The notes beneath the pieces were generated by a model, which was given only the letters and a program-made list of their open reading frames with translations, was not told where the DNA came from and did not search any database. Below, in pieces: positions 38,846 through 50,035 of a DNA stretch of 64,000 nucleotides. The first letter of the stretch is position 1. Every line of letters starts with the position of its first letter. The DNA comes from Verrucomicrobiota bacterium. Its GTDB lineage: Bacteria; Auribacterota; JABMQX01; JAFGEW01. Both the position numbers and the translations under genes were made by a program. The stretch lies in assembly GCA_016931415.1 (NCBI GenBank), contig JAFGEW010000006.1, positions 28,310 through 92,309 on the forward strand, in the 5' to 3' direction.

Positions 38846-39479
38846 GCGTCGCGCGCCTCCTGGCTTCGAGCCGGTTCTTAATGAGCTTGAGCACGAAGAA
38901 CGCCTCGCGCTCGGCCTCCTCGAGCACCCCGCTGATGTACTTGATCGACTCCCGGAAATCGGGGAGCGCGATCTTCTCGAGCGCGTTGACGCGCCGGATC
39001 GTCTTCTTCACTTCCTCGGTGAGCCGGGCCACGGTAACATTGGTCTCGGCGTACTTGCCGAGCAGGTGGAGTATGTCGCGGAAGTTCGCCAGCGACTCGT
39101 CGAGCCAGAAGCTCGTATCCCCAAGGCTGTAGTGCGGCGGCCGCTCGACGATCTCGGTGTCGACCACGGGCACGCTGACGCCCATAATGCGTCGCGATCC
39201 GATGCGTACGGAGGTCTTGGTGTCGACCGCGTGCGCGGCGGCAGTCACGGCACGCCGTCCCATGCGCACCACGGCCCGTCGCAACGCAGCATACGCGAGC
39301 GCGAGCGCCTCGTCAACTTGGCGCTGGAGCTCTTTGGCGCGGTCCATGATGCCCATGAGCTCGGCAACGAGGATCTCGCGCTTCTGCTCGAGCAGCTCGT
39401 GGCCCTCGCGCGCGAACTGGAAATCGCGCTTGAGCCGGAGCAGATTCGTCTTTGTCGGGGCAATGCCGTATCGGGCCAT
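38838..39479 (-). CDS. V/A-type ATP synthase subunit D
   Basis: 213 aa, N-terminal TKTNLLRLKRDFQFAREGHELLEQKREIL characteristic of AtpD/NtpD. Confidence 0.85.
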   Translation of the reverse strand: MARYGIAPTKTNLLRLKRDFQFAREGHELLEQKREILVAELMGIMDRAKELQRQVDEALALAYAALRRAVVRMGRRAVTAAAHAVDTKTSVRIGSRRIMGVSVPVVDTEIVERPPHYSLGDTSFWLDESLANFRDILHLLGKYAETNVTVARLTEEVKKTIRRVNALEKIALPDFRESIKYISGVLEEAEREAFFVLKLIKNRLEARRRATHA

Positions 39480-39544
39480 AAGTCTCTATCCGTGCGGTGT
39501 CGCAGACAGACGCGCCGGGCGCGTTCGTCCGGGCAACAGGCCGA

Positions 39545-40954
39545 CTAGGCCTGTTGCCCATTCCCGTAGTACTTCTGGATCTCCTCATCGGTGATGCGCG
39601 TCAGCTCGTCCTTGGGCAGCATCGAGATGACCTCCCAGCCCAGGTCGAGCGTCTGCGCGATCGTGCGGTTCTCGTTGGTGCGCTGGCAGAGAAACCGCTT
39701 CTCGAACGCCTCGCCGAACTTGAGGTACTCGTGATCGAGCGGCGCGAGCTCTTCCTCGCCGATGACGCTGGCGAGCGCGCGCACATCCTTGACCCGCGCG
39801 TAGGCGGCGAAAAGCTGGGACGCGATATGCGCGTGGTCCTCACGCGTCATGCCGGGGCCGATGCCGTCCTTCATGAGGCGCGACAGCGACGGCAGGCCGG
39901 CGATCGGCGGGTAGATCTCCCGTTGGTGCAGATCGCGCTCCAGAACGATCTGGCCTTCGGTGATGTAGCCCGACAGGTCGGGCACGGGGTGCGAGATGTC
40001 GTCATTGGGCATGGTGAGGATCGGCATCTGAGTGATCGAGCCGTCGATGCCGAGGATCTTGCCGGCGCGCTCGTAGATCGACGCGAGGTCGCTGTAGAGG
40101 TAGCCGGGGTAGCCTTTTCTCGACGGGATCTCGCTGCGGGCCGTGGCGATCTCGCGCAGCGACTCGCAGTAGTTCGTCATGTCGGTGAGGATGACCAGGA
40201 CGTGCATGTTGGCTTTGAAGGCGAGGAACTCGGCCACGGTGAGCGCCGTGCGTGGTGTGATGAGCCGCTCGATCGACGGGTCGTCGGCCAAGTTGAGAAA
40301 GAGCACGACGTTCTCGAGGGCGCCGGTCTCCTCGAAGCTGCGCGTGAAGAAGTTGGCCACGTCGTACTTGATGCCCATGGCGGCAAAGACGACGGCGAAC
40401 TGCGTCTTCTCGCCGAGGATGGTCGCTTGGCGCGCGATCTGCGCGGCGATTATGTTGTGCGGCAGGCCGTTGCCCGAGAAGATCGGCAGCTTCTGGCCAC
40501 GCACGAGGCTGTTCATACCGTCGATGGCGCTCAGGCCGGTCTGGATGAACTCGCGCGGGTAGTCGCGCGCCGTCGGGTTGATCGGCAGGCCGTTGACGTC
40601 CTGCTTATCCTCGGCGATCGGGCGCGGCAGCCCGTCGCGCGGGCGGCCGATGCCGTCGAAAACGCGGCCGAGCACGTCGCGCGACACGGGTATCTCAAGC
40701 GGCTTCCCCTTGAAGCGCACGCGCGTGTGCGGCAGCGTCAGCCCGCTCGTGCCCTCGAAGACCTGGATGACGGCTCGATGGTCGCTCGTTTCGAGGATGA
40801 GGCCCGTGCGAACGCGGCCGTGCACATCGACGACCTCGACCATTTCGTTGTAGCCGACGTTGTGGATGTTCTCGACGACGAGCAGCGGGCCGACGACCTC
40901 GGCGATGCCGACGTATTCGCGGTCGGTGAACTTAGAGCTCTGCGGGCTGGTCAT
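39545..40954 (-). CDS. V/A-type ATP synthase subunit B
   Basis: Non-catalytic B-subunit pattern ([21 protein letters not shown]...). Start set at MTSPQSS with GGAGG SD. 23-bp overlap with the subunit A gene. Confidence 0.85.
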   Translation of the reverse strand: MTSPQSSKFTDREYVGIAEVVGPLLVVENIHNVGYNEMVEVVDVHGRVRTGLILETSDHRAVIQVFEGTSGLTLPHTRVRFKGKPLEIPVSRDVLGRVFDGIGRPRDGLPRPIAEDKQDVNGLPINPTARDYPREFIQTGLSAIDGMNSLVRGQKLPIFSGNGLPHNIIAAQIARQATILGEKTQFAVVFAAMGIKYDVANFFTRSFEETGALENVVLFLNLADDPSIERLITPRTALTVAEFLAFKANMHVLVILTDMTNYCESLREIATARSEIPSRKGYPGYLYSDLASIYERAGKILGIDGSITQMPILTMPNDDISHPVPDLSGYITEGQIVLERDLHQREIYPPIAGLPSLSRLMKDGIGPGMTREDHAHIASQLFAAYARVKDVRALASVIGEEELAPLDHEYLKFGEAFEKRFLCQRTNENRTIAQTLDLGWEVISMLPKDELTRITDEEIQKYYGNGQQA

Positions 40955-42716
40955 AGATCGCCTCCAGGTTGTCGAACGCGCGTTCGAGGCGGCGCTGCAG
41001 GTCGTCAAGCCGCTCGACCTGGTCGTTGGGCACGGTGAACTTCATGCGGATCATCTCGGGGTAGATCTTCATGCGTTTGACTTTGACGATCGTGGCGCCC
41101 TTGCGGATGAGCGCGTCGCCCCGCTCGTGGAACGTCAGAATGATGCGCAGCATCTTGGTCTGCTTGGCGATGACGGCGAACATGTCGACGGGATCGAACG
41201 CGCTCTGCTGCAGGAACGCGTTCTTGAAGATGTGGCACGTCTCGAGCACGAGGCGCTGGGTGTCGGGCAGCACGTCGGGCCCGACGAGTTTGACGACCTG
41301 CTGGAGGCGCGCCTCACGCTGGAGCAGGTCCATGATCTTGTTGCGGTTCGCGCGCCACTCACGGTCGACGTGCTCTTCGAACCACGGGGCGATCTCGTCG
41401 ATGTACTCGCTGTAGCTGTCGAGCCAACCGATGGCCGGGTAGTGGCGCGCGTTGGCGAGCTGGCGGTCGAGGCCCCAGAAGCAGCGCACGAAGCGCCGCG
41501 TGTGCTGCGTGACCGGTTCGGAGAAGTCGCCGCCCATGGGTGAGACGCTGCCGATGGTGGTTACCGAGCCGGTGGTCCCATTGGAGTTGTTCACCATGCC
41601 GGCGCGCTCGTAGAACTCGGCGAGCCGCGTCGGCAGATAGGCCGGGTACCCCTCGTCAGCGGGCATTTCCTCCATGCGGCCCGAAAGCTCGCGCAACGCC
41701 TCCGCCCAGCGCGAGGTCGAGTCAGCCATGATGGCCACGTGATAGCCCATGTCGCGGTAATACTCGCCGAGCGAGATGCCGGTGTAGATCGACGCCTCGC
41801 GTGCGGCCACGGGCATGTTCGAAGTGTTGGCGATGATGATCGAGCGCTCCATCATCGACTTCTGGCTGCGCGGGTCGATGAGCTTGGGGAACTCGAGCAG
41901 CAGGTCGGTGATCTCGTTGCCGCGTTCGCCGCAGCCGACGAAGATGATGATGTCGGCGTCGCACCACTTGGCGAGCGACTGCTGGATCATCGTCTTGCCG
42001 GTGCCAAACCCGCCGGGCACGGCGACCGAGCCACCCTTGGCGAGCGGGAACAGGGTGTCGATCACGCGCAGTCCCGTAACGAGCGGCATCGTGGGCGGCA
42101 GTTTCTCTTTGCACGGGCGCCGGCGCCGCACGGGCCAGCGGTGGTAGAGCTTCAGCTCGTGTGTTGTGGCGCCGTCGGTGATCCGCGCGATGACTCGCTC
42201 GATGGTGTACAGCCCCTCGGGCGCGACCCATTCGATCGTGCCGGCCACGTCGGGCGGCACGAGCACGCGGTGCTCGATCATGGCGGTCTCGGGCACGGTG
42301 CCGAGCGTTGTGCCGCTGCTGACCGTGTCGCCCGCCTTCACCGCCGGGGTGAAGAGCCATTCCTTCTGCCGGTCCAGCAGCGGGACCTGGATGCCGCGCC
42401 GGATGTACTGGTCGCCCAAGGTGCGGATGACCATGAGCGGCCGCTGCACACCGTCGAAAATGCCGCCCATGATGCCGGGGCCGAGCTCGACGCTCAGCGG
42501 CATGCCGGTGCCGAAGACGGCCTCGCCGGGGGTCAGCCCCGTCGTGTCCTCGTAGACTTGGGCGGTGGCGAGGTCGCCCTGGACTCGCATGATCTCGCCG
42601 AGGAGGTGCTCGGTGCCGACCTCGACGAGCTCGAGCATCTGCGCCTCGCGGGCGCCGGCGATCTCGACGACGGGACCGACGACACGCTTGACTGTACCTA
42701 TGATCTTCTCTGCCAC
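40932..42716 (-). CDS. V/A-type ATP synthase catalytic subunit A
   Basis: 594 aa. P-loop GGFGTGKT. Conserved N-terminal beta-barrel and the non-homologous insert region of A subunits. Confidence 0.9.
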   Translation of the reverse strand: MAEKIIGTVKRVVGPVVEIAGAREAQMLELVEVGTEHLLGEIMRVQGDLATAQVYEDTTGLTPGEAVFGTGMPLSVELGPGIMGGIFDGVQRPLMVIRTLGDQYIRRGIQVPLLDRQKEWLFTPAVKAGDTVSSGTTLGTVPETAMIEHRVLVPPDVAGTIEWVAPEGLYTIERVIARITDGATTHELKLYHRWPVRRRRPCKEKLPPTMPLVTGLRVIDTLFPLAKGGSVAVPGGFGTGKTMIQQSLAKWCDADIIIFVGCGERGNEITDLLLEFPKLIDPRSQKSMMERSIIIANTSNMPVAAREASIYTGISLGEYYRDMGYHVAIMADSTSRWAEALRELSGRMEEMPADEGYPAYLPTRLAEFYERAGMVNNSNGTTGSVTTIGSVSPMGGDFSEPVTQHTRRFVRCFWGLDRQLANARHYPAIGWLDSYSEYIDEIAPWFEEHVDREWRANRNKIMDLLQREARLQQVVKLVGPDVLPDTQRLVLETCHIFKNAFLQQSAFDPVDMFAVIAKQTKMLRIILTFHERGDALIRKGATIVKVKRMKIYPEMIRMKFTVPNDQVERLDDLQRRLERAFDNLEAIYDQPAEL

Positions 42717-42770
42717 GTCCTGCTTACCTTCTATTGACTGTCGACCGACGAACGGGTCTTGCCCGTTCGT

Positions 42771-43436
42771 CTAGGTCTGAGGCTCCGCCTCGGACACGAA
42801 GACCTCGTGCGAAACGATGAGTTGGAGCTCGTCGGCGAGGCGGTCCATGCGTGCGTCGATCGTGTTGTCGAAGAGCACCGAGCCGTCGGCGGCTCGCACA
42901 ACGACACCCATCACCTTCTCGTCGAGGGCGCTCGCCGGGGTGATCGTCACAGGCCGGCCGCAGTCGCGCGCGACCTCGTCGAAAAACGCCGCGTTCGCCA
43001 TGGGCTCGTCGGCCCGACTGACCGAGACGGTGACCTCGTCGCGGTCGAGCGCGCGTATGCCTTCGATGGCGAAGGCCTTGAGCATGGCGCGGTATTCGGG
43101 CGTGCCGCGCGAGCGCTCGAGTCGGGCGCGGACCTCGCCGAGCACGTCCAGGGCGAGCTCGGCGCGCGCCTTGAGCGTGGTCTTCTTGGTCTCGAGGCTC
43201 AGGTCGCTCAGGATGCGACGCTGCTCGGTGTCGGCGCGCGCCTTGGCGGCGCTGAGGATCTGCTCGACTTCGGCGGCGACCTGCCTCTGTGCCTCGTCGA
43301 GACGAGCCTGGGCGGTGCGTCTGGCGCGCGAAAGCACCTTGTCGGCTTCCTCGGCGGCGCCCCGCTGGATTTCCTCGACGAACGGTGCGGCGTCGCCGAT
43401 CGAGGTCGCTTCGTCTTCTGCTCGTTTCTTCGCCAT
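42771..43436 (-). CDS. V/A-type ATP synthase subunit E
   Basis: 221 aa, long N-terminal helix rich in A/E/R/Q followed by a globular C-terminal domain, in the canonical operon position. Confidence 0.75.
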   Translation of the reverse strand: MAKKRAEDEATSIGDAAPFVEEIQRGAAEEADKVLSRARRTAQARLDEAQRQVAAEVEQILSAAKARADTEQRRILSDLSLETKKTTLKARAELALDVLGEVRARLERSRGTPEYRAMLKAFAIEGIRALDRDEVTVSVSRADEPMANAAFFDEVARDCGRPVTITPASALDEKVMGVVVRAADGSVLFDNTIDARMDRLADELQLIVSHEVFVSEAEPQT

Positions 43437-43442
43437 GGTTGT

Positions 43443-43742
43443 CTATACCTGGAATCCGATCGCTTCGCGTATCAGGTCGGCGATCGCGCGCCGACCCGGC
43501 ATTGGGCCTTGGCCGTCGGGAATCTCGACCACGACAGGGAACGTGGCCCGCATGCGGTACGCGTCGACGAGTTGGCGGATGCCGGCCGCGAGCCGCTCGG
43601 TGATGAAGACGACCTGGACCTGCTCATCATTGACGAGCTGCCGGAACTGCTCGGCAAGTCCTTCGCCTCGCTCGGCCACCGTGCCGCGGATGCCCGCGAG
43701 CCGGAAGCCCAGCACGGTATCCTCGTCGCCCAGAACGTGCAT
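43443..43742 (-). CDS. V/A-type ATP synthase subunit F
   Basis: 99 aa. MHVLGDEDTVLGFRLAGI...VVFITE pattern of AtpF/NtpG. Confidence 0.8.
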   Translation of the reverse strand: MHVLGDEDTVLGFRLAGIRGTVAERGEGLAEQFRQLVNDEQVQVVFITERLAAGIRQLVDAYRMRATFPVVVEIPDGQGPMPGRRAIADLIREAIGFQV

Positions 43743-43754
43743 GCCTGCCCGTCC

Positions 43755-44168
43755 CTAGATTGCGAGCATTTTGTCGACGGTGCCCAGAATCATGATCGCG
43801 ATCACGAGTCCGAGCACGGCGATGCCTTCGCCGAGTGCGACGAAGATGATCGTGCGGCCGAACACCTCGGGCTTCTCGCTCACCGCGCCAACGGCGGCGG
43901 CGCCGACATAGGCTACCGCGATGCCTGCGGCGATGGCGCTTACCCCGGCGGCGATGCCGGCGGCAATCAAGCCGCTGCCGACGTTCGTGACGATCGCCTT
44001 GTGGACTTCCTTGTCGAGCGGCTTCTTCTCCGCGCTGTCGCCTTGGCCGGGCGTCTGGGCGAAGAGCGCCGTTGCCGTTACGCCGAGCACCACCACCAGC
44101 AGTGTGACGAACAGCGAGACGTGAATGAACGTCCGCAGTCGCCGAGCTGCCTGAGCTCCTGTCATCAT
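43755..44168 (-). CDS. V/A-type ATP synthase proteolipid subunit K (c)
   Basis: Hydrophobic Gly/Ala-rich helices (GIAAGVSAIAAGIAVAYVGAAAVGA), conserved acidic residue in LGEGIAVLGLV. Start at MMTGAQ with GGAGAAGG SD. Confidence 0.8.
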   Translation of the reverse strand: MMTGAQAARRLRTFIHVSLFVTLLVVVLGVTATALFAQTPGQGDSAEKKPLDKEVHKAIVTNVGSGLIAAGIAAGVSAIAAGIAVAYVGAAAVGAVSEKPEVFGRTIIFVALGEGIAVLGLVIAIMILGTVDKMLAI

Positions 44169-44211
44169 GGCCTTTTCCTTCTCCGTTCCGATCCTATGGT
44201 GTCCGTGGTTG

Positions 44212-46224
44212 TTACTCAACTGGGCGCGCATCCGGCGTGGTGCCGGACGCGTGGAGTGGTGTGAACTCCTTGCCGCCCCCGATGAAGAACTTGCTGAAAA
44301 ACTCATAGTACTCGAGACGCAGCGCCTGGATGCCGGCCACCAGTCCCTCGAGTGCGATCACCACGATGTTGCCGAGCACGATCACCATCACCTGGGTGAC
44401 GGGGGCGAGCGCGCCGGGCAGCTTGCCCAGCATGCCGCTGATCATGAAAATCGCCGAGAGAATGCCGGCGTGGGCCAACCCGTAGGCGGCAATACGAACA
44501 AACGAGACCGTGTTGGCGAGAAACCCCGTGAAGATCTCGAAGCTCTCCATGACCGTCTCGATCATGTACATCATGCAGCCTTCGTGGAGCACCTTCTCGC
44601 GGCGGTAGAACAGCTTCCAGATCGGTCCGCGCAAGGCAAACAACACGAGTGGCGCGAAGATAAAGCCGATGATCCACCACTGCATCTGGTCGATCGTGTG
44701 CCCGAACGCCATCGATTTGATCACGATCGCAACGGCGCCCCAGTACACAACGCCACCGATGAGGCCCGTGCGCGAGAAGATGGCGTGGAACAGGTCTCCC
44801 CTGCGCAATTGCAGCCCGATATTCAGTAGAACGCCGAGGGAGAGAATCCCGATGCCGAAATAGATGGTGATCTCAAGGAAACGATTGACGTTGTGAAAGG
44901 GGTTGAACGCCCATGGGAAAACCTCGTGCCCGATGAGCGCATTGATCTCCCGGCCGAAGAATTCGCCGTAGAACACGCCGAACACCATAGCCGCCAAGCC
45001 ACAGAATACCACGAGCGAGCCGACCCGCCGCATGCCGGACGAGATTGCCGGACGGCGTGCGATCAGCCAGCCGGTGAGTGCCAGCACGGCGCCTTGGCCG
45101 ATGTCGCCGAACATGAGGCCGAAGATGAGCAGGAACGTCACGCCGACGATCGGCGTCGGGTCGATGCCCTTGTAGGCGGGCGTGTCGTAGCCCTTGACCA
45201 GCATCTCGAACGGCTTGAGGAACGCGGGATTCGACAGCTCGACGGGCACCTGGACCAGGCCGTCGGCGACCCCGTCGATCTCGTCGGGCGTGCGGATCTC
45301 GATGTAGCAGCGCCCACCGGCGATCTCCCTGAGCCGCTCCGCGATGCGCCGGGCCTTCTGGCGCGCGACCCAGGCCGAGATGAGCACGGTGTTGCTCGTT
45401 CCGCGTAGCGCTTCCTGAGCGCCGAGGATGGTGCGCTCGATCTCGAGCGCGGCGCGGGCGTCGCGGAGGCGGTCGGTGTTGCGCTCGCGCAGCTCGTCGA
45501 GCTCGTGCTCGGCGTCGTGTCTCTCCTGCTGGAGCTGCTCGAGGCGCTGGGCGAACTGGGCGCGCATCGCCTCGTCCGGCGGGCCTTCGGCCTTCTCGAT
45601 GGGCGTGGCGCGCACCTTTGAGAGCGCCTCGGCGAGCACGGCGCGGTCACGCTTGAGCACCATGACGAGCACGGCGTCGGTGCCGTCAAGCGCCTTGAAC
45701 GGGATGACGATGCTCGGCACCTGGGCGAGCTCGGAGCGCACGACCTCGATGTGCGCCCGGCTCATGCGGCCCATGAAGGTCTCCATGAACGCGAAACGCG
45801 TCGAGGGGTCGATGCCCGCTGCGCCGGTTTCGATGGCGGGCATCTCGATCACCGTGCCGATGCGGCGGATCTCGTCAGCCGCCGTACGGCGCTTGGCGAG
45901 CACGGCGCTCACCTGCTCGTTGATGGCGGCGAGCGTGTTGCCGAGCGCCTCGAGGTTCGTCCGGGGCGGCTCGGTCGGCAGCGCGGTGAGGGCGGGCCGC
46001 AGCTCGAGCTTGAGCAGGAGCGTATCGAGCTCGGTGAGCCGCTGCTCGACGGCGACGAGGCGCTCGCCCACCTGCATGGCGCCAAGCGAGGCCGTCCACG
46101 GGTCAATCTCCTCGACGCGGTGCAAGTGCACGGCGCCGAGCCGGACCATCTCGAGGGTGAGCTGGTCCAGATCGCGCCGCAACGCGAGGAGGCTGATCTG
46201 ACTCATCGGCACGGGCCGAAACAT
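44212..46224 (-). CDS. V/A-type ATP synthase subunit I (a)
   Basis: 670 aa. N-terminal soluble coiled-coil half plus C-terminal polytopic half. Confidence 0.85.
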   Translation of the reverse strand: MFRPVPMSQISLLALRRDLDQLTLEMVRLGAVHLHRVEEIDPWTASLGAMQVGERLVAVEQRLTELDTLLLKLELRPALTALPTEPPRTNLEALGNTLAAINEQVSAVLAKRRTAADEIRRIGTVIEMPAIETGAAGIDPSTRFAFMETFMGRMSRAHIEVVRSELAQVPSIVIPFKALDGTDAVLVMVLKRDRAVLAEALSKVRATPIEKAEGPPDEAMRAQFAQRLEQLQQERHDAEHELDELRERNTDRLRDARAALEIERTILGAQEALRGTSNTVLISAWVARQKARRIAERLREIAGGRCYIEIRTPDEIDGVADGLVQVPVELSNPAFLKPFEMLVKGYDTPAYKGIDPTPIVGVTFLLIFGLMFGDIGQGAVLALTGWLIARRPAISSGMRRVGSLVVFCGLAAMVFGVFYGEFFGREINALIGHEVFPWAFNPFHNVNRFLEITIYFGIGILSLGVLLNIGLQLRRGDLFHAIFSRTGLIGGVVYWGAVAIVIKSMAFGHTIDQMQWWIIGFIFAPLVLFALRGPIWKLFYRREKVLHEGCMMYMIETVMESFEIFTGFLANTVSFVRIAAYGLAHAGILSAIFMISGMLGKLPGALAPVTQVMVIVLGNIVVIALEGLVAGIQALRLEYYEFFSKFFIGGGKEFTPLHASGTTPDARPVE

Positions 46225-46240
46225 CGGCGGCTGGTCCTCT

Positions 46241-47299
46241 CTAGCCGGTCATCTGCAGGATGAGGTTGCGTTCGATTTCGGCTGGCGTGAGCCCGTAGCG
46301 CTTGCCGTTCAGGACGCACACGAGGTTGCGCCGCTCAATCTCGGCCAGCTTGAGGTAGCCCATCACGGTCGTGATCGTGAACGGGTAACCATGCAAGCCT
46401 TTGCGCACCGCGCCAAGGTAGTAATGCCACAGGACGTCTTCCATCATCTCGAGCGTGGCGACCTCGGTCTCGATGGGCGTGACGTCTGGGAAATCGCTCA
46501 CGAGTTCGCCGAGGGCGGCGCCGACGACGTGCTTGAGATCGCCGCCGCCTGCGGCGCGCCGCACGAACGGCTCGCTGACGCGCGCGCCGTTGGGGATGAG
46601 CAGGGCGAGCATCTCACCGAGCGGCATCTTGTAGTAATGCTGGAGCCGCAGCATCCAGCAGATGTTCTCGATGTCGATTTCGAGCCCGACGAGCGTGCGG
46701 GCGCGTTCGCGGTCGCCGAAGCCGAGTCTGGCGATCGCGCTCCAGAGCCGGGAGTAGTAGTCCACGTCGAGGGCCGACTCGAGGTAGAAGAGGTTCCCAT
46801 GCGCGGCAAACGCGGCGGCGGCCGTCTGAAGCGGCCGGGCGTAGGGCGTGCCGTCCAGCAGGCCGATAAGCTCGTCTACACTGCGGGCGTGGCGGATCGA
46901 TTCGGCCGGCAGGGGCCGGCAGATCACGCCGGGGTAGGCGAGGTGCTCGGCGCGCGGATCCTTGGTGTGCCAGAGCCGCAGGAGCACCTTGAGTTTGTCG
47001 ACCTCGTGGCGGCTCATCATTGTCTCGACGACGAGCCGCGGCACCCCCCGGACGTGCTGGAGCACGGTCTGGTAGGTGGCAAGCTCGTCGATGAGCAGCC
47101 GGAACTCGACGCTGATCATGTCCTCGGTGTGGCTCAGCTCACGGGCCACGGCGCCGTAGCGCGTCTGGGCGAGCATGCCGTAGAGGGTCTCGAGGTCGGC
47201 GGCGGCGGCGAGCTGCCGGAACTGTGTATCGGTCAGGAACAGGCTGAGGCGGGCGCGCAGCTTCGCGTTGATGTAGGCGTATCGCGCCAACCCGCGCAT
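46241..47299 (-). CDS. V/A-type ATP synthase subunit C (d)
   Basis: 352 aa helical protein, operon position and length match AtpC/NtpC. Confidence 0.75.
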   Translation of the reverse strand: MRGLARYAYINAKLRARLSLFLTDTQFRQLAAAADLETLYGMLAQTRYGAVARELSHTEDMISVEFRLLIDELATYQTVLQHVRGVPRLVVETMMSRHEVDKLKVLLRLWHTKDPRAEHLAYPGVICRPLPAESIRHARSVDELIGLLDGTPYARPLQTAAAAFAAHGNLFYLESALDVDYYSRLWSAIARLGFGDRERARTLVGLEIDIENICWMLRLQHYYKMPLGEMLALLIPNGARVSEPFVRRAAGGGDLKHVVGAALGELVSDFPDVTPIETEVATLEMMEDVLWHYYLGAVRKGLHGYPFTITTVMGYLKLAEIERRNLVCVLNGKRYGLTPAEIERNLILQMTG

Positions 47300-47628
47300 C
47301 AGGCGCGCTCCACCTGGACGAGGCGTTCGCAGGCGCGCTGCACGGCGCGGCGCACGGCGTCGCTCTTGGCGCTCTTGAGGTCGTCGACACGCGACATCGT
47401 TTCCTCGATCCGGGCGGCGCGCTCAGCCTTGGTGCGGGCGACGGCGTCGTCGACGATCCGGCGTCCCTCTGTGTAGGCCTTCTCGCGTTCGGCCTCGACG
47501 AGGCGGCGCGCCTCGACCTCAGCGTCGGCGACGATCTTTTTCGCCTCCTCGCGCGCCGCGGCGATGCGCTGCTTGGCCTCTTCCTCGGCCTTGAGGATGG
47601 TGTCGATGACTTCCTTCATGATGGGCAA
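47299..47628 (-). CDS. V/A-type ATP synthase subunit H/G (peripheral stalk)
   Basis: 109 aa single long helix rich in E/A/R/K (MPIMKEVIDTILKAEEEAKQRIAAAREEAKK). First gene of the operon. Confidence 0.7.
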   Translation of the reverse strand: MPIMKEVIDTILKAEEEAKQRIAAAREEAKKIVADAEVEARRLVEAEREKAYTEGRRIVDDAVARTKAERAARIEETMSRVDDLKSAKSDAVRRAVQRACERLVQVERA

Positions 47629-47837
47629 TGCCTTCCCTCAGCCCGGGGCGGATAGCGGCGGATGCGGTCCTGCGTCCATCAGGCCTCAGTGATCACCGCG
47701 GATAATAAGAACCGCGTTCGAAGGTGGCAAGGAGTTTCACGGCGCCTGGAGTGGGCTTCAGGCCGGATCCCCGTTCCATGTGCGACTCCCGGTTGCCGGC
47801 GTGTGCTATACTCCACCCTGCTTGCAGCGGAGGAGAT

Positions 47838-48977
47838 ATGGACGTTCCCGACGGATTCAGAGATCGCGAAGTGGTGCAGGCGCTGGCACGTCGCATCGAC
47901 GCGACCGCGCGCCGCATCGGCGCAGGGCCGGCGGGGCGCACACTCACTTTCATGGAAGTGTGCGGCACCCATACGATGGCCATGCATCGCTTCGGGCTGC
48001 ACGCGCTGCTGCCCGATGGGGTGCGGCTGCTGAGCGGGCCGGGCTGCCCGGTGTGTGTCACTCCCAACCGGCTCGTGGATACGGCAATCGCCTACGCGCG
48101 CCTCAACGACGTGACACTCATGACGTTCGGCGACATGCTCAAGGTGCCCGGCTCGACCTCGAGCCTCTCTGCGGAGAAGAGCCGGGGTCGCGACGTGCGG
48201 CTGGTCTACTCGCCCACCGACGCGGTCGAGGTCGCGCGCGCCAACCCGGAGCGTCGCATTGTGTTCTTCGCCATCGGCTTCGAGACGACGACGCCGACGT
48301 GCGCGGCCGCCGTGCTCGCCGCGCGCGAGGCGGCGCTCGAAAACTTCTTCGTCGTGTCGGCAGGCAAGCTGCTGCCCCCGGCGCTCGAGGCGCTGGCGAC
48401 GGGCGAGGTGCGCATCGACGGCTTCGTCTGCCCTGGACACGTGAGCGTTGTGACCGGTTTCGGCATCTACCGCGACGTTGTGGAGAAACACCACATCCCG
48501 TGCGTGATTACGGGATTCGAGCCGGTCGATATGCTCAAAGCCGTGCTGATGCTGACCGAGCAGGTTGCTGCCGGCGAGGCGCGCATCGAGAACGAGTACA
48601 ACCGCGTCGTGCGGCCCGAGGGCAACCCGATCGCCCAGCAGGTTATGGCTGAGGTCTTTGTTCCGGTCGACAGCGAGTGGCGCGGCATCGGCATGATCCC
48701 GGCGAGCGGACTCGCCGTGCGCGAGGTCTTCTCAGCGCATGACGCATTGAGGCAACTACCCGTCGAGGTCGAGCCGCCGCGCGAGCACAAAGGCTGCATC
48801 TGCGGCGCCGTGCTTCGGGGCGCCAGGACGCCGCTCGAGTGCACGCTGTTCGCTACGGCCTGCACGCCGGCGTACCCGGTTGGCGCGTGTATGGTGTCGA
48901 GCGAGGGTACGTGCGCGGCCTACTACAAGTACGGAAAGGACCGGCCCCATGTCGCGCCACGAAATGTCGCGCCATAA
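47838..48977 (+). CDS. hypD: [NiFe]-hydrogenase maturation protein HypD
   Basis: Motifs CGTHT, GPGCPVC, FETTTP, CPGHVS. Start at MDVPDG with GGAGGAG SD. Confidence 0.9.
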   Translation: MDVPDGFRDREVVQALARRIDATARRIGAGPAGRTLTFMEVCGTHTMAMHRFGLHALLPDGVRLLSGPGCPVCVTPNRLVDTAIAYARLNDVTLMTFGDMLKVPGSTSSLSAEKSRGRDVRLVYSPTDAVEVARANPERRIVFFAIGFETTTPTCAAAVLAAREAALENFFVVSAGKLLPPALEALATGEVRIDGFVCPGHVSVVTGFGIYRDVVEKHHIPCVITGFEPVDMLKAVLMLTEQVAAGEARIENEYNRVVRPEGNPIAQQVMAEVFVPVDSEWRGIGMIPASGLAVREVFSAHDALRQLPVEVEPPREHKGCICGAVLRGARTPLECTLFATACTPAYPVGACMVSSEGTCAAYYKYGKDRPHVAPRNVAP

Positions 48978-49992
48978 GATAACAGGCGATGGAACCATCC
49001 AGCTCGGCCACGGCAGCGGCGGCGTGCTCACTCGCGAGCTGATCCGCGACGTGTTCCTGGCCCGGTTCGACAACCCGGCGCTCGCGCCGCTGATGGACTC
49101 GGCTCTTGTCAAGATCGGTGGCAGCGAGGTCGCGTTCACCACGGATGCCTACGTGGTCAAGCCGCTCGAATTCCCCGGCGGCGACATTGGCACGCTCGCC
49201 GTGTGCGGCACGATCAACGATCTCGCCGTCATGGGCGCGCAGCCGGTAGCGCTCTCGTGCGCCGTCATCATGCAGGAAGGGCTCGAGATTGAGCTTGTCG
49301 AGCGGATCACCCAGTCGATGCAGCGCGCGGCCGCCGGCGCGGGCGTGCCGATTGTCACGGGCGACACGAAGGTTGTCGAGCGAGCGAGCTGCGACGGGCT
49401 GTTCATCACGACGGCCGGCCTCGGTGTGTTCGACGGGCCGGATCGCCCGCGCGGTACACTGCGCGACGGCGACGCCGTGATCGTCAGCGGCGCGCTGGGC
49501 GACCACGGCACGGCCGTGCTTGTGGCGCGCGAGGGGCTGAAGATTGCCTCCTCCGTCGAGAGCGACTGCGCCGCCCTCAACGGACTCGTCGAGGCGCTGC
49601 GCCCGTTCTTTTCGGGCATCCGCATCATGCGCGACCCAACGCGCGGCGGGCTGGCCACGACGCTCAACGAGTTCGTCGAGGGCGCCGCCGGCGTGGGTAT
49701 CGTGTTGCGCGAGGGCGACGTGCCGCTCAGCGACGGCGTGGCGGCGATCTGCGAGCTGCTCGGTCTCGACCCGCTCTACATCGCCAACGAGGGCAAGCTC
49801 GTGCTTGTGTGCGACGCCGCGGTCGCCGGCAAGGTCGTGGCCGCGATGCGGGCGCATCCGCTCGGCGCGCGGGCGTGTGCCGTCGGCACGGTCACGCCCA
49901 CGTACCCGGGCAGGGTCTGCCTCGAGACGACCGTTGGCGGACTGCGCGTCGTCGACATGCTCGTGGCCGACCAGCTCCCGCGCATTTGCTAG
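48949..49992 (+). CDS. hypE: [NiFe]-hydrogenase maturation protein HypE
   Basis: AIR-synthase-like fold. N-terminal ITLAHGSGG-type motif (IQLGHGSGG), C-terminal PRIC. Overlaps hypD by 29 bp. Confidence 0.85.
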   Translation: MSRHEMSRHKITGDGTIQLGHGSGGVLTRELIRDVFLARFDNPALAPLMDSALVKIGGSEVAFTTDAYVVKPLEFPGGDIGTLAVCGTINDLAVMGAQPVALSCAVIMQEGLEIELVERITQSMQRAAAGAGVPIVTGDTKVVERASCDGLFITTAGLGVFDGPDRPRGTLRDGDAVIVSGALGDHGTAVLVAREGLKIASSVESDCAALNGLVEALRPFFSGIRIMRDPTRGGLATTLNEFVEGAAGVGIVLREGDVPLSDGVAAICELLGLDPLYIANEGKLVLVCDAAVAGKVVAAMRAHPLGARACAVGTVTPTYPGRVCLETTVGGLRVVDMLVADQLPRIC

Positions 49993-50035
49993 GCGGTCAG
50001 TGCGCGGCTTGTGTATATAGGTTGAGGAGTCTGAG

